A stretch of 63,837 bases of DNA, the filler included, from Octopus bimaculoides (taxonomy: Eukaryota), in assembly GCF_001194135.2 (NCBI RefSeq). It is 6 parts of 5 records of this genome, joined end to end, with 100 filler letters (N's around TTAATTAATTAA, not from the genome) between each part and the next. Parts side by side here need not be neighbours in the genome. Positions count along the whole stretch, not along the records: positions 60,397 to 62,369 come from NW_026382677.1; positions 62,470 to 63,837 come from NC_068993.1; 4 more parts are not named here. One strand, given 5' to 3'. Of the stretch, positions 62,190-63,837 are shown in pieces. How positions within the stretch are numbered: position 1 is the stretch's first letter; every line of letters starts with the position of its first letter. The notes beneath the pieces were generated by a model. That model saw only the letters and a program-made list of their open reading frames with translations, ran no database searches and was not told the origin of the DNA. Both the position numbers and the translations under genes were made by a program.

Positions 62190-63342
62190 TGTATATACAT
62201 GTATGCATAGATGCATATATCATAGACATATGTATACATACATGCATATGTGTGTATGTATGTGCGTGCGTATGTCTGTGATGTATTCATATATATACAT
62301 GTATTCATAGATGTAACATAGAGATATAGATACATAAATAGATAGATAGATACATACATACATACATACNNNNNNNNNNNNNNNNNNNNNNNNNNNNNNN
62401 NNNNNNNNNNNNNTTAATTAATTAANNNNNNNNNNNNNNNNNNNNNNNNNNNNNNNNNNNNNNNNNNNNCTATTTAAAGCTAAAGACGTTTATTTAATTA
62501 TAATTAAAGATCAATTGAATAATAGAAAAATACAAGATTATTTATTTCTACAAACGTAATAATAAAAAATATGAATGAAAAAATTATGAATGGAAAAAAT
62601 TATTAAGAATAAAAGGTTAAACTTTATATATATATACAAAGTTTTGATTTTAAAAAAACTTTAACGATATTATAAACTATAAAGATTAATAATTAATCAA
62701 ATAATATTAATCAAAAATAATCGAAAATATATCAACACTATTCTAATCGAAGTTCTAATATTATGTTGAAATGAAACTATAACTTCTAAATAATTTAGTG
62801 TTATTTGCTCATTCTTCTCTCATTCTGGCAAAAGGAGTTTAAATAGTATTCAATTATTAGAAAGTTACATTAAAGCACCCAATAATTCTCAATGTGAAAA
62901 TGCAAGCCATCTGGTGCATTATTTTTTTTTAATTTCTTATTACGATTATTATTCATTGATATATTTATTTATTTTGTGTGAATCCATGTAATTTAATCAG
63001 CACATAATCTTAAGGCATAATGTTAAGGCAGAGCATATATAGATTTTCAAATAATAATCGTATTTTTGTTTACAATTTTATTATAATAACTTACTTTTTT
63101 TTAAATAATCTATGTCGGCGCCCATTAACGTAAAAATATTCATCATGTCAGAAGTATTTTTCTTTTGCCAAACACTTGAAAGCGCTTTTGAAAGGGGAAA
63201 ATTGAAAATGTTTTATGGGGTTAATTGTTAAAGCTCACCAAGTCATAAACCCAGTAATACATCAACGCAAGAGAAAGTTTTGATGGGGAAACTGCGTCGT
63301 AATAATTTCTTGTGGAAAAAAAAAATCTTTTTGTACACTTAC

Positions 63343-63700
63343 CTCTTTAGACATTTATCTGCACGATGCGAGTCATCACTAAACCTAATATCATCCCTGC
63401 AACCAGCACACATTTAAGTGCGATGAAGACCGTAATTTTGCAGAATGGTGATTGCTTTCGCTGTTAACCGTTGCAGCTTTCTTGTATTAACACTATCTTG
63501 TTGGCACTCCGTCGCTTACGACGTCGAGGGTTCCAGTTGATCCGATCAACGGAACAGCCTGCTCGTGAAATTAACGTGCAAGTGGCTGAGCACTCCACAG
63601 ACACGTGTACCCTTGACGTAGTTTTCGGAGACATTCAGCGTGACACAGAGTGTGACAAGGCTGACCCTTTGAATTACAGGCACAACAGAAACAGGAAGAA
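63343..63700. other. Unique GC/CpG-elevated segment with splice-like signals on both strands; probable exon(s) of an unidentified gene
   Basis: Perfect minus-strand donor AG|GTAAGT at 63343, minus-strand polypyrimidine acceptor near 63667, plus-strand acceptor at 63350; non-repetitive sequence. Confidence 0.35.
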
Positions 63701-63837
63701 AGAGTGAGAGAAAGTTGTGGTGAAAGAGTACAGCAGGGTTCGCCAAGATTTGAAATCAATATTTAATGAAACCAACTTCAATAATAACAATAATAAGCAG
63801 TAAACACATTTCGTCAGAGGAAATTATAAAATATATT

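Noticed and set aside
2106-62247. Long ORFs in the track filled with X or with IY/HT/CV/LS/MYVC repeats
   Set aside because: They are translations through N-gaps and microsatellites and carry no coding evidence.

Overview
An AT-rich, microsatellite-saturated and heavily gapped eukaryotic scaffold. It is very probably a cephalopod (Octopus-type) genome, inferred from three recurring tRNA-headed SINE families and the TA/CA/GATA/ACAT repeat load. No intact protein-coding gene, rRNA, tRNA gene or CRISPR array can be supported. The window reads as intronic or intergenic DNA filled with decayed mobile elements. These include a TIR- and TA-bounded Tc1/mariner with DD36E (Incomer-type) spacing, three other mariner-type remnants, a long disrupted hAT/hATm-like transposase, and a Chapaev-like transposase remnant. 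There is also a Helitron with an intact 3' hairpin+CTAG, a HINE/DINE-like element, hAT MITEs, many SINEs and several Penelope-like element (PLE) remnants. The most unusual structures are three long inverted repeats (175-bp arms at 1026-2155, 127-bp arms at 14845-15195, a loop-less 80-bp-arm palindrome at 26035-26194) and scattered degenerate hammerhead-like motifs, several linked to PLE sequence. A few small candidate exons exist (three 54-nt candidates on the minus strand, one 48-nt on the plus strand) but no gene can be named. Five 44N-TTAATTAATTAA-44N spacers are synthetic scaffold joins, so adjacency across them is not guaranteed. Almost all ORFs in the supplied track are artefacts of N-runs or microsatellites. 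Family assignments come from motifs I recognised by eye, not from database searches.
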